64,000 bases of DNA from Mobula hypostoma. Its lineage: Eukaryota. The position numbers and the translations under genes are program-made. The DNA is taken from assembly GCF_963921235.1 (NCBI RefSeq), contig NC_086124.1:22692001-22756000 (forward strand). The letters run 5' to 3'. Shown here one piece after another: positions 22,040-35,100 of this stretch. How positions within the stretch are numbered: position 1 is the stretch's first letter; the number at the start of each line of letters is the position of its first letter. Below the pieces are notes generated by a model that searched no databases, was not told the DNA's origin, and saw nothing but the letters and a program-made list of their open reading frames with translations.

Positions 22040-24345
22040 AACTGAAAGAAGAGTGAGTAAGGGATTTGAAAGTGGGAGGGGGAGGGGGAGATGCAAAATG
22101 ATAGGAGAATACAGGAGGGGAGGGATAGAGCCAAGAGCTGGACAGGTGATAGGCAAAAGGGGATACGAGAGGATCATGGGACAGGAGGTCCGGGAAGAAA
22201 GACAAGGTGGGAGGGACCCAGAGGATGGGCAAGAGGTATATTCAGAGGGACAGAGGGAGAAAAAGGAGAGTGAGAGAAAGAATGTGTGCATAAAAATAAG
22301 TAACAGATGGGGTACGAGGGGGAGGTGGGGCCTTAGCGGAAGTTAGAGAAGTCGATGTTCATGCCATCAGGTTGGAGGCTACCCAGACGGAATATAAGGT
22401 GTTGTTCCTCCAACCTGAGTGTGGCTTCATCTTTACAGTAGAGGAGGCCGTGGATAGACATGTCAGAATGGGAATGGGATGTGGAATTAAAATGTGTGGC
22501 CACTGGGAGATCCTGCTTTCTCTGGCGGACAGAGCGTAGATGTTCAGCAAAGCGGTCTCCCAGTCTGCGTCGGGTCTCGCCAATATATAAAAGGCCACAT
22601 CGGGAGCACCGGACGCAGTATATCACCCCAGTCGACTCACAGGTGAAGTGTTGCCTCACCTGGAAGGACTGTTTGGGGCCCTGAATGGTGGTAAGGGAGG
22701 AAGTGTAAGGGCATGTGTAGCACTTGTTCCGCTTACACGGATAAGTGCCAGGAGGGAGATCAGTGGGGAGGGATGGGGGGGACGAATGGACAAGCGAGTT
22801 GCGTAGGGAGCGATCCCTGCTGAATGCAGAGAGAGGGGGGGAGGGAAAGATGTGCTTAGTGGTGGGATCCCGTTGGAGGTGGCGGAAGTTATGGAGAATG
22901 ATATGTTGGACCCGGAGGCTGGTGGGGTGGTAGGTGAGGACCAGGGGAACCTTATTCCTAGTGGGGTGGCGGGAGGATGGAGTGAGAGCAGATGTACATG
23001 AAATGGGGGAGATGCGTTTAAGAGCAGAGTTGATAGTGGAGGAAGGGAAGCCCCTTTCTTTAAAAAAGGAAGACATCTCCCTCGTCCTAGAATGAAAAGC
23101 CTCATCCTGAGAGCAGATGCGGCGGAGATGGAGGAATTGCGAGAAGGGGATGGCGTTTTTGCAAGAGACAGGGTGAGAAGAGGAATAGTCCAGATAGCTG
23201 TGAGAGTCAGTAGGCTTATAGTAGACATCAGTGGATAAGCTGTCTCCAGAGACAGAGACAGAAAGATCTAGAAAGGGGAGGGAGGTGTCGGAAATGGACC
23301 GGGTAAACTTGAGGGCAGGGTGAAAGTTGGAGGCAAAGTTAATAAAGTCAACGGAGTTAATAAACTCTGCTCTTAGACGCATCTCCCGCATTTCATGTAC
23401 ATCTGCTCTCACTCCATCCTCCCGCCACCCCACTAGGAATAAGGTTCCCCTGGTCCTCACCTACCACCCCACCAGCCTCCGGGTCCAACATATTATTCTC
23501 CATAACTTCAGCCACCTCCAACGGGATCCCACCACTAAGCACATCTTTCCCTCCCCCCCCTCTGCATTCCGCAGGGATCGCTCCCTACGCAACTCCGTTG
23601 TCCACTCGTCCCCCCCATCCCTCCCCACTGATCTCCCTCCTGGCACTTATCCGTGTAAGCGGAACAAGTGCTACACATGCCCTTACACTTCCTCCCTTAC
23701 CACCATTCAGGGCCCCAAACAGTCCTTCCAGGTGAGGCAACACTTCACCTGTGAGTCGACTGGGGTGATATACTGCGTCCGGTGCTCCGGATGTGGCCTT
23801 TTATATATTGGTGAGACCCGACGCAGACTGGGAGACCGCTTTGCTGAACATCTACGCTCTGTCTGCCAGAGAAAGCAGGATCTCCCAGTGGCCACACATT
23901 TTAATTCCACATCCCATTCCCATTCTGACATGTCTATCCACGGCCTCCTCTACTGTAAAGATGAAGCCACACTCAGGTTGGAGGAACACCACCTTATATT
24001 CCGTCTGGGTAGCCTCCAACCTGATGGCATGAACATCGACTTCTCTAACTTCCGCTAAGGCCCCACCTCCCCCTCGTACCCCATCTGTTACTTATTTTTA
24101 TGCACACATTCTTTCTCTCACTCTTTTTCTCCCTCTGTCCCTCTGAATATACCTCTTGCCCATCCACTGGGTCCCCCCTTGTCTTTCTTCCCGGACCTCC
24201 TGTCCCATGATCCTCTCGTATCCCCTTTTGCCTATCACCTGTCCAGCTCTTGGCTCCATCCCTCCCCCTCCTGTCTTCTCCTATCATTTTGGATCTCCCC
24301 CTCCCCCTCCAACTTTCAAATCCCTTACTCACTGTTCCTTCAGTT

Positions 24346-24381
24346 AGTCCTGACGAAGGGTCTCGGCCTGAAACGTCGACT
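24346..24381 (+). ncRNA. Minimal type-I hammerhead ribozyme motif in the Penelope 3' terminal region
   Basis: AGUC-CUGACGA-AGGGUCUCGGCCU-GAAA-CGUC^GACU: stem I AGUC/GACU, both core boxes, GUC cleavage triplet, palindromic ACGU stem III. Confidence 0.8.
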
Positions 24382-25137
24382 GCACCTCTTCCTAGAGATG
24401 CTGCCTGGCCTGCTGCGTTCACCAGCAACTTTGATGTGTGTTGCTTGAATTTCCAGCATCTGCAGAATTCCTGTTGTTTAAGGTGTAGCACCTGCTCAGT
24501 CCAAAACAACCAGGGACACATGAAACCATGGGAGCAGCCGGTGCAGATCACATGTGACCACTGAAGCCAGGCAGACAATCTGTGTAGAGTTTTGATAATG
24601 GTTGGGGTCGCCCCTCTTGTAAAGACACTGCTTAGAAGAAGGCAACGGCAAACCGCTTCTGTAGAAAAATTTGTCAAGAACAATCCTGGTCATGAGACCA
24701 TGATTGCCTTTAACATGCAACATGACACATAACAAACAAATTAATAAAGGCCACCCCCTCCCCCTCTTGCGTTCCAAAGATCAAGTCCTAGTCTTGCCCA
24801 ATAACTGAGGCCCTCAAGTCCTGCCAACAGCTTCTCTAACTCTTCCCAGTTTACCATATTGTCTCCATAAAAGGGCAACCAAAACTGCACATCAAACTCC
24901 AAGCAGTCTCATCACCTACTTATAAAACTGTAACATGACACTCCATCTCGTATACTCAATGCTCAGACTGATGAAGGCCAGCACATCTCTGTGACTCCAC
25001 TTTAAACAAACTATGTACTTCTGCTCCTAGTTCCATTATACTCTCCAGTGACCCCCCTCATGTGACACAGCACTGCACTCCCTTCCCACCATCCCCTCGG
25101 CAGTGTTCAGTCCCCACCTCTCCTCCCATGGCATAGC

Positions 25138-25390
25138 GCTCCCTCCTCACTACCCCTCCTGAAGCTCAGTGCTCCCTCCCCATCGCAGTGCTCCCTCTTC
25201 ATCGCCTCCCCGAAGCACAGTGCTCCCTCCTCACTGCCCCTCCTGAAGCGCAGTGCTCCCTCCCCATCGCAGTGCTCCCTCTTCATCGCCTCCCCAAAGC
25301 ACAGTGCTCCCTCCTCACTGCCCCTCTTGAAGCGCAGTGCTCCCTCCTCATCACCCCTCCTGAAGCACAGCGCTGTTCATCGCCCCTCCA
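25138..25390. repeat. Degenerate cagtgctccct tandem repeat (period ~87 with sub-repeats)
   Basis: EAQCSL repeats in the ORF track. Confidence 0.8.
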
Positions 25391-25934
25391 GTGGTGCGAC
25401 ACCCCCACCACAGTGTTCACTCCCCGCCACCCCTCCTACTGCACAGAGCTCCCTCGCAACCTCTCCCACAACACAACACCCCCTGCTCGTACCGGGAGCA
25501 GTTCTCCCAAATTGCACCGGGCTGCAGTTGCAGGGGTGGGGGGAGTGGGAGGGGGCAGGATTCTGGGACCCCAAAACCACAGAGCTCACCCTGAAACAAG
25601 CCCACCCTCCCATCAGTGTACTGGACAGCAGCAGGATACGAGATCCTAGGACAGGGAGCGAGGGGGTGGTGGGGGACAGTGGGAACGCTGCAGGCCACTA
25701 CCCCATCCCAATCACCTCCCCTGCCCAAGCCCTGGCGGACAATCCTACAAGTGGCTGCACGTCCCTCAGGACCTGGGATGATGCCCAGCACAAGGAGGTG
25801 TGAGGGTAGATCAGATGGGAAGATGGAGGAGTTGGAGCAGAGGTTTGGTCCTCACCTAACCCCACCCAGCCCCTCCCCATAGCAGCCAGGAACCAGCTCT
25901 GAAAGAACCACAAAACAAGACCAAAGACAAATAT

Positions 25935-25940
25935 TTTATT
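25935..25940 (-). terminator. TIMM17B polyadenylation signal
   Basis: AATAAA on the minus strand ~155 nt after the stop, followed by GT-rich tttgtctttggtcttgttttgtgg. Confidence 0.7.
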
Positions 25941-26095
25941 CCTGTCCCCCTTCCCTCTCATGAATCTCCCCAGCGTGGAGGGGAGTGACTTCAGATCGGC
26001 TGGAATCGCAGCCCCTCACTCGCTCCTCACGCTGGGGGTGAGGAGGAGAGGGTCTCTCACCTCCACTCCACTCCGCCTGGCCCCCACCGCCTGGG

Positions 26096-26175
26096 CTACT
26101 GGTAATAGCTGTAGCTGCCGTAGGTCGAGGGGTCCTTAGGGGGCAACTGGCTGGGGTCCTCAAGCAGTGGGCTGG
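26096..26175 (-). CDS. TIMM17B: TIMM17B exon 6 ([25 protein letters not shown])
   Basis: Acceptor cacag|; TAG at 26098-26096. Confidence 0.93.
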
Positions 26176-29100
26176 CTGTGGGTGAGAGAAGAGGGGTGGA
26201 GGAGTGACGAGGTGGGAGAGAAACACCCCTACCTCCCACACACCCACCCTCTCCCACTCTGCCCAACATCACCTCCTCCTCTCTTCCCCCCCCCACCATC
26301 TCACCCCTCCTGGATCCCACCCTCCCTTCTCCCCCTCCTCCTTCCCTCACCACCTCCCACTTGCCTCCCCCACTTCTGACTCCTTCCTGCTTCTCTTTCT
26401 TTACCCCTCCCACTTGCCTTCACCCCTCCTCTTACCCCCTCTTGCCTCCCACTCACCCTCAGCCTGCTTCTCCCCTTTTCTTTCCCCTCTCACTTGCCTT
26501 CACCACCCCGCTCCGTACCCCTTCCTCCTGCCCCCCACACCTCTCCATCCTTTTCCCTCCCATAGCCTCACCCTTACCCCCCTTCCCTTCATTCCCCCCC
26601 CCGCCCTCAGACTCCCGCTCCTCCCCTCCCCCACCCCACCCCACTGGGATGGGTACTCACAGTTTTGGAATTGCTGTGCAGTGTACCGGGTGAGGAGGAT
26701 ACCCACCCCCTCGATCAGTGCCAGAAGGATGCCCCCCATCATGGCCGATCCCACCATGGCCAGGGGCCCACCTGTGGGAGCAGAGCAGCCGCCTGTTAGA
26801 CTAGGCCCAAAGAGTAAACCCTCCCCCATCGTTAGGCTGTTTGACTCGTCATCCCCACAATGACAACACCCTGCTGCCCCTCCCTGGGACATCCGGCCCA
26901 TCACCCCCACACTGACCCCCCTGCCCCGGAGCCCTCTGCAACCTGGGTATCCCACATCCTAAACTGCTGCCAGTGACACTCCTACCACACTCTACACGAC
27001 GGTGTTCCCAGTGCTATACCCCCTCCTGGGAGAAACGCCACCCTCATCCCATCTCAGGATCTCTCTCCACCCCCCGCCCCCCCCAACCCCCACACAAAGC
27101 CAGGGAGAACAGACCATGAGAACCAGAGCTTGCTGAGGGCCAGATTAGCGGCACTTCAAGTCTGGAGACCAAGGAAGCTGCAAGAGGTGCAGGAATGATC
27201 TCCGGAAAATGGAGATTCCGGACTAAACTTGAATCAACGAGGGGTGCTTGCCAGCTGTGGCAGGGCATGAGTGCTGTCACCTCCTACAAAGTTAAATCAA
27301 GTGACATGGGAGGCAACAGGGCTTCGCTTCCAGATGAGCTCAACGCCTCCTTTGCTCACTATGACCGTCAGAACACTGTGAGCCCCCAGGTCCCCTGGAG
27401 GTCCTTCGATCTCAGTATCTGAAGCTGACGTGAGGGCTGCCTTCAGAAGGGCGAATACCTGGCCATGTACTAAAGACCTGTGCTGACTAACTGGCTGGTG
27501 TATTCAATGAGATCTTTAACCTTTCGCTTTGCCAGTGTGTGGTACCCACCTGCTTCAAGCAGGCTTCAATTATACCAGTGCCCAAGAAGAGTCAATAGGA
27601 AAGATGTCAATAAAATTGAGAGGGTACAGAGCAGGTTTACTAAAATGTTGCCTGGGTTGAAAGGTTGAACAAGTTGGGTCTTTATTCTTTGGAGCGTAGA
27701 AGGTTGAGGGGGGACTTGATAGAGGTGTTTAACATTATGAGGGGGACAGATAGAGTTGACGTGGTTAGACTTTTTCCATTGAGAGTGGGGAAGATTCAAA
27801 CAAGAGGACATGGGTTGAGAATTAGAGGACAAAAGTTTAGGGGGAACTTCTTTACTCAGAGAGGGGTAGCTGTGTGGAACGAGCTTCCAGCAGAAGTGGT
27901 TGAGGCAGGTTCGATGTTGTCATTTAAAGTTAAATTGGATAGATATATGGACAGGAAAGGAATGGGAGGTTATGGGCTGAGTGCAGGTCGGTGGGACTAG
28001 GATAGGGTAAGAGTTCAGCACGGACTAGAAGGGCTGAGATGGCCTGTTACCGTGCTGTGATTGTTATATGGTTATAAGAGTCTGGTGTCCCACCTCAATG
28101 ATTATCACTCAGTTAGTTAGATCTACAGCGATTCAAGTGTTTTGAGAGGCTGATGAAGAAACATATCAGCTCCTGCCTGAGAGGAGACTTGGATTGACTC
28201 CAATTTGCCTGATGGAGCAACGGATCCACAGCAGATGCCATCTCACCGGCCCTTCACTCTACCCTGCAACATCCAGACGTCAGGAAGCTCTTTATCGATT
28301 GCAGCTTGGCATTCAATAGCATCATCCCCTCAAAACTAATCAAGAATCTCCAAAACCTTGGCCTCAATACCTCCTGGATTTCCTCACTTGTAGACCTCAG
28401 TGAGTTCAGATTGGTAATAACATCTGCATGATCTCCATCGGCACAGATGCACCATGGGGCCTTAAGGCTGATTTATACTTGTGCGTCAATTCGACGCTGT
28501 AACCTACGCAAGAGACTGACACGCGTTGTGAGCATTTATACTTGTGCGTTGGTCGCTCTGCAATTCGCGAATGTCACGCATGCACACACAACTGTCCGTG
28601 CATGGCTTCAAGGTCATGGTAGTCTTTCTCGGGGTAAACAAGAAGCAAGCGACTTTTTTTGTAAAAGCAAAATGTGTCCTCCATAATTTCGGAGGTCTGT
28701 AAAGCTTGATGGAAAGCATTGCAGCCAGAGTTCCTTCCCTGCCCTTCAGTCGCCCAACGGGAAGCTATTGCAGCGCAGGAGGAAAAGCGATGCTACCAAG
28801 CGGACCAATCACAGTTGCTGCGGTCTGCGTTACCGCGACGCGTAGTTACATTCTGGGAGAGGTGCGCGTCAGGCTACGGCATAGGGATCCGCGTAGGCAC
28901 TGCGTTGGGTTCGCGGCTACGCCGTACCTACGGCATCCAGTTGACGCAGAAGCATAAATCAGCCTTCAGCCCCCTGCTCGACCCGGTTTACACCTCTGAC
29001 TGTGCGGCTAAACACAGCTCCAACACCGTCATCGAGCGTTGGCCGAATCAAAGGTGATGATGAGTCAGCACGCAGGAGGGAGACGGAAAACCAGGCTGAG

Positions 29101-32100
29101 TGGTGCCACAACAGCCACCTCTCACTCAATGTTGGGCAAGACCAAGGAGCTGATGGTAGACTACAAGAGAGGGAAACAAATGGTCCATGAGCCTGTACTG
29201 ATCAAAGGATCAGAGGTGGAGAGGGTTAGTAACTTTGAATTCCTGGGTGTTACTATTCCAGAGAACCCACCCTGGTCGCAGCACAGTGCAATTGCGAAGA
29301 AAGTTCAGCACCACCTCTATTTCCTTCGGAATCTGCGGAGACTCAGCATGACATCTAAAACTCCGACAAACTTCCAATAGATGTGTCGTGCAGAGTGCAC
29401 TGACTGGCTGCTTCACAGCCTGGTACGGGAACACCAATGCCTTTGAACGGAAAATCCTGCAAAGGCCAGCCCATCACGGGTAATGCCCTCCCAACCATCA
29501 AGCATATCTGCATGAAATGCTGTCGTAGGGAAGCAGCGAAAATCGCGGCCCCCAAATGGCTTTGGCCACACTTTTTTCTCGCCACTGCCATTAGGTAGAA
29601 GGCACAGGAGCCTCAGGACTCGCACCACCAGGTTCAAGAACTGTTACTACCCCTCAACCATCAGGCTCCTGACCAAAGGGAAGTATACTCACTTGCCCCA
29701 TCATTGTGATGTTCCCACAACCAATGATCTCACTCCATCTCATTATCACATGTTCTCATTATTTATTGCTATTTATTTATATCTGCATTTGCGCTCACTG
29801 ATCCTGTCATAGTTACTAGTCTATAGATGTGCTGAGTATGCCCACAGGAAAATGAATCTCAGGATTATACATAGTAACCTCTATTTTATTCTGATAATAA
29901 AATTTACTTTGAACTTTTGAACTTTGAAGGCAAGCTTTTCACTCTATCTCGGTACATGTGACAATTAACCAATTCTATTTCCAAAGTTTCATGACGTATG
30001 TCAGTGATTATTAGTCTGATTCTGATTCATGACAAAAAAAAACAGCTGGTCATTGATTTCAGAAATGAGGAGGTTCAGCGCACACACCCCAGTAACACAG
30101 CCAGCATAATCAAAGACCCTACCCACCCCGGACATTCTCTTTTCTCCCCCCACCCTCTCCCATCGGGCAGAAGATCGGCCTGAAAGCATATCCCACCAGG
30201 CTCAAGGACAGCTTCCACCCTACTGCTATCAGACTATCGAACGAACCCTCAGTTCCACAAGATGGATTCCTGGCCTCACAATCTAGCTCGTTATGATTTA
30301 CGGCAGGTAGTCAAAACCGCCCAACGAATCACTGGCAGGAGCCTACCCTCCATCAAGGGCGTACAGAAAGGTGCCAGAGAAGGGCCAGTAACATCATGAA
30401 GGATCCCACCCACCCTGCTGAGAGACTGTTTGTCCCACTCCCATTAGAGAGGAAACTAATTGGCATCCAAGCCAGAACCACAACACTCAAAAACACTTAC
30501 TTTCCCCAAGCAGTAAGGCTGATCAACACCTTCGCCCACTAACCCCACCCCTCCAAAACCCCCACCACTACTCCTTTGAACACTTGGACTGAACTGTAAT
30601 GAAATATGCCTCTTAATTTCGTGATTTTATATTCTCGCTTTTTTTGGTCGCCATTTGCGTGGTGGAGGAGGGGGTTTGATGTTTTCTTCGGGTGGGTTAG
30701 TTCCAGGGTTGTTCTTGTTTCGTGACTGTCTGTGGGGAAGACGAACTTCAGGGTTGTAAACCGAAGACATACTTTGATAAGTAAATGTACATTGAACTTT
30801 GAACTTGATCATCTCCTGTCAGAGTCACCTTACCTAGACACTCCTGTGCCTAGCGTCACTTTATGGACAAATTATCAATCTGTGTGTATAAGCTATCTTA
30901 CTGTATTTATATTTATTGTATTTTTTTATTAATGTGTTCTTTATCTTATTCTGCTGTATCGGATATGGAATATCAATTATTTTGTTCTCCTTTACACTTG
31001 AGTACTGGAAATGACATTAAACAATCTCGAATCTTGCCTCTCGAGTAGCCTTGCCCGCTAGGAGGAGGTCGCCGTGTTTGTTTTCCTTTGCTCCTGCCTC
31101 CTCCAGAAATCCGCAGACATGGGGGATTTCGCGGTGGGGGGGTGGTTGTGCTTAGAGAAGTACTTCTTTGGTTGAGTGTTTCACAGTTTGTTTGAAAATC
31201 GATAGATGCTGGCTCGTAGTCAGGGTCTCCCGTCCCACTTCTCAAATCTTTTTTATTATCATTATTATCCAAAATTAACAAGAGTACATCGAAGTAAGCA
31301 ACACTTACAATGTCTCAAGAAAAAAAAAACATTATTTTAAAGATTGAAAAATTATTGGTGATAATGAAAAACCCTACTGAGCAAGAAAAAGTGGGGGGAT
31401 CCTGTACCCCCACCTCACGCTTCTGCATTTCTTCCCTCCCCCACTGCTTGCAAAACAAAATAGTCTGAAAGTCTGAGAAATGTAAGAAGATCTCAAAGAT
31501 GCTTCCAGAAGTTAATCTTTCGTTTTCATGGTGGAAATGGGAGAGAGCTGTTTCCTCAAGAGGTTTAATGGTTGGACTGAAGCTGGAATTCTATCTCAGG
31601 TGGAAGATGACATTCTGTCCTGCCTGCTGGATAGAGCCTCTTAACACTGGATGCCAGGGCCACACTTCAAATGGAGTTCCTATGGGTGGTTGGCAGTCTG
31701 TTTCTGTTACGATCGCAGAAGATTGTAGCAATTATTTGCACATTGCCTCTCACACATTGGAGAGCGGCAAGGTCAAGGGAGATGGTAGTATGTATCACCC
31801 AGTAACACCTGGATGGAGTTGTGAAGAATTCTAAACTTCACTCAAAGTTTACTGAGATCCCTGTGCTGCCTGACTGCTGATTGCAAGTGTTAAAGTATCT
31901 CTTCAGCTTTAGTCCTCAATGCTGGATGTGTTTTGCAACTTTGAAAATGCATGTTTCTCCCCAGTTTGGGAGACGTCCTGCAAATAATCATAATGCTGAC
32001 TGTGGACTATTGCGGTTGAAGGAACTCCACAAAGAGTTCCTCATCTGGAATGGGTCGTGTTATTTTCTTTGTTCAGGACTGCCAACAGCTTTCACAGCAC

Positions 32101-35100
32101 GACAGGGGTTGAATTCTGATAATTATTTTAACTGCACTGTATTGTAACTGCAACCTCCCTTCCTGCCTGCCCACCAGCCAACCCAGGCTAACATCTGCCT
32201 TTTAAAGTAGCTCACCATTCCAAAAATCGGACCACTCATGTAAATGTTATTAGCCTGAAATAAAGATGGCATCTGATTTCAGTCTTTTAAAAAAAAAGTG
32301 GGGGGGAAAAAACCCCATTAGGTGTTCAACCCCGGAGCCATGCGTCATACGAAAAGCTTCCAAAGATAAACATGAAACTGCCACCAAGAAAACAAAATGT
32401 ACCGGAAATTTATAATTAGATCGTGGAGGAAATCTATCAATTAACTCAAATGATAATAACGAGCAAATGAACCCCATCCTTTCTCGAAAACACTCAACGG
32501 GTCTGCGAACTTGCTTCCGCGTAACAGGATGTGAAGAAGGTGTACGATATACTTGCCGTAATCAGTTGAGTACAAGAGTCGGGAGGTCACAGTGCAGCTG
32601 TGTAAAGCTCTGGGCAGGTAACATCTGGAGCACTGTGTACAGTTCTGGTCACCTGCCCCACCACCCCTGGCCCAATCACAGGAAGAACATGGAGGCTTTG
32701 GAAAAGACAGCAGAAGAGATTCACCAATACGCTGCCTGGATTAGAGAGGTTGACCCATAAGGAAAGGTTGGACAAACTTGGGTCATTTTCTCTGAGGACA
32801 GACCCGATAGAGGTTGGTATAAGATTATGAGAGGTAGAGATGGGGTCGACATCCTCCCCTCCATGGACTCTCTCTGCACTTTGCTCTCAGTAAAGCAGCC
32901 AGCAGAATCAAAGACCCAACCCACCCCAGACATTCTCTCTTCTCCCCTCTCCCATCAGGCAGAAGATACCACGTCCCACTAAGCTCAAGGGCAGCTTCTA
33001 CCCTGCAGTAACGGACCTCTTGTATAATAAGACAGACTCCTGGCCTCACAATCTCCCTCATTATGACCTTGCACCTTATCGTTGCCCTGCACCGCACTCT
33101 TTCTGTAGCTGCGACACTCTATTCTGCATTCTGTTATTGTTTTACCTTGTTCTACCTCAAGGCACTAGGTAATGATCTAGAATTGGGCCATTCGGTCCAT
33201 CCAGCCTGTCCGGCCATTCCATCACGGCAGTGTGAATCGCTGTGGGTGAGGTGTGAGGGGAAGGGGACAGGGTGCGGTTACTCACTGCGGGAGGCCAGCA
33301 CAGCCCCGGTCAGCGCGCCGCTGCTGATGGAGTTCCAGGGGTCCTCCTTGCCGCGCAGCCTCACCAGGCCGCAGTCGATGGTGGAGAAGAGGCCGCCCCA
33401 CACGGCAAAGCTGCCTGAAACACAACCAGAGCCCGGGATGATTCGCCGGGGGGCAGAGGGCGGGTCACAGGTCACGGGTCATGGCCGCGGAGGGCCGGGG
33501 TCGAAGGTGTTTCCTGATACAAACCCAGGCTAAACCTAGGTCAGAGGTCATGGACGTCTCAAAGTCAGGGTCAGGTCTAAAGTTACAGCTGGGTCAGGGT
33601 GTGCCGATGTAGCGGCCAGACCAGTTCAAGGGTTACAGCCAGGTTAAGGTGTGTGGATGTAGAAGTTGGGGCCAGGCCAAAGGTTACAGCTAAGTGAAGC
33701 TGTGTGGGCATAAAGATCAAGGCCAAGTCAAAGGTCCAGGGTCAGGTCAGATGTCAGAGCCAGGTCAACAGTGACAGCTGAGTCAGGAGTATGGATGTAG
33801 AGGTCAGGGCCAGGTCAAGGGTTAGAGCTGGGTCAGGGGCCAGGTCAGAGGTTCCAGCTGGGTTAGACTGCCAGCATGGGGTCAGGCTGGGGAAGGGGTA
33901 GCAAGTGGGAGATTCGAGTTGGTTTAAGATTTTCAGAGCACAATGTCAATGTTTCAAGTCTTGGGAGCCAAGTCAAGGCTCAGGATAGAGGTCAGAGATC
34001 TGATACAAGTCTTTGGGGGCGGGTGGGGGAGTCACATGAAGGTCCGGGGGGGCGGGGGGGTGGAATTGCAGGCTCAATCAGCCGTACAACACATACCTCC
34101 GATCTGAGGAGCCCGGATCCTGACGGCATTAACGCTCCCTCTTAGCCGATGCCGGACACCCTGGGGCAGGAGACAGAGAGAGATCAGCACCGGTGGAGGA
34201 GGGTGGGGGGGAGAAACAATGAGGAACAGCGAGAAAAGGAGAAAACGTACGTGGGGATGGAGAAGAGTGTCTACGGAAGGAGGGGGAACCAAGTGCAGGG
34301 GGCATTGGAATTGATTTGTTATTGTCACAGGTACAGGGATACAGTGAAAAGCTTGTCTTGCACACTATTCATACAGGTCAGACCATTACACAGGGCATTG
34401 AGGTAGAACAAGGTAGAACAATAACAGAATGCAGAATAGAGTGTCACAGTTACAGAGAAAGTGCAGGTTAATGATTGTAATGAGGTAGATGCGAGGTTTA
34501 GTTCGTTTCATCGTACAGGATGTCTCCTCAATAGTTTTATAACAGCGGGGTCGAAGCTGTCCCTGAGCCTGGAGGGACGTGCTTTCAGGCTTCTGTATCT
34601 TCTGCCCGATGGGAGGGGGGAGGGGAGAAGAGAGAATGTCTGGGGTGGGTGGGGGTTGTAGACTATGCTGGCTGCTTTAGTGAGACAGAGGGAGGTGCAG
34701 ACAGAGTCTATGGAGGGGAGGCTGGTTTCCGTGATGTGCTGAGCTGTGTCCACAACTCTCTGTGGTTTCTTGTGGTCTCAGGCAGAGCAGCTGCTGTGCC
34801 CAGCCGTGTTGTACCAGGGTAGATAGGATGGGACGAGGCAATGGATGGAGGGGAGCAGAGAGAACGTATGGGGTGGGTAGGGGTCTTTGGTTATGCTGAG
34901 GCAGTGAGAAGTGTGGACAGAGTCCATGGAGGGGAGGCTGGTTTCTGTGACGTGCTGACTGTCGGGAGGGCAGTGACAGCGGAGTCAGAATCAGAATCAC
35001 GTTGACTATCAGTGACAGGTCGTGAAATCTGGTATTTTCTGGCGGCACCAAAACATTTTAAAAGCTGCCGTGTGTTACAAAAATTAACCGAGAGTACAAA

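Larger units (their letters stand above)
21947..24479. mobile_element. Penelope-like element (Neptune-type) insertion: two 5'-truncated arms in inverted orientation, 14-bp TSD
   Basis: Minus arm ~21947-23353 (ORF track 22333-23460: RT C-terminus LPFLDL..YYKPTD, CKRNKCYTC linker, GIY-YIG VIYCVRC..LYIGET). Plus arm ~23363-24479 (ORF to 24058). AAGGTGTAGCACCT is duplicated at 21933-21946 and 24480-24493. Confidence 0.93.
27150..29930 (+). mobile_element. Decayed Rex1/Babar-type LINE interrupted by a CR1 and a MITE
   Basis: ASLPDELNA..., [19 protein letters not shown]; (tttgaac)n tail near 29910. Confidence 0.8.
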
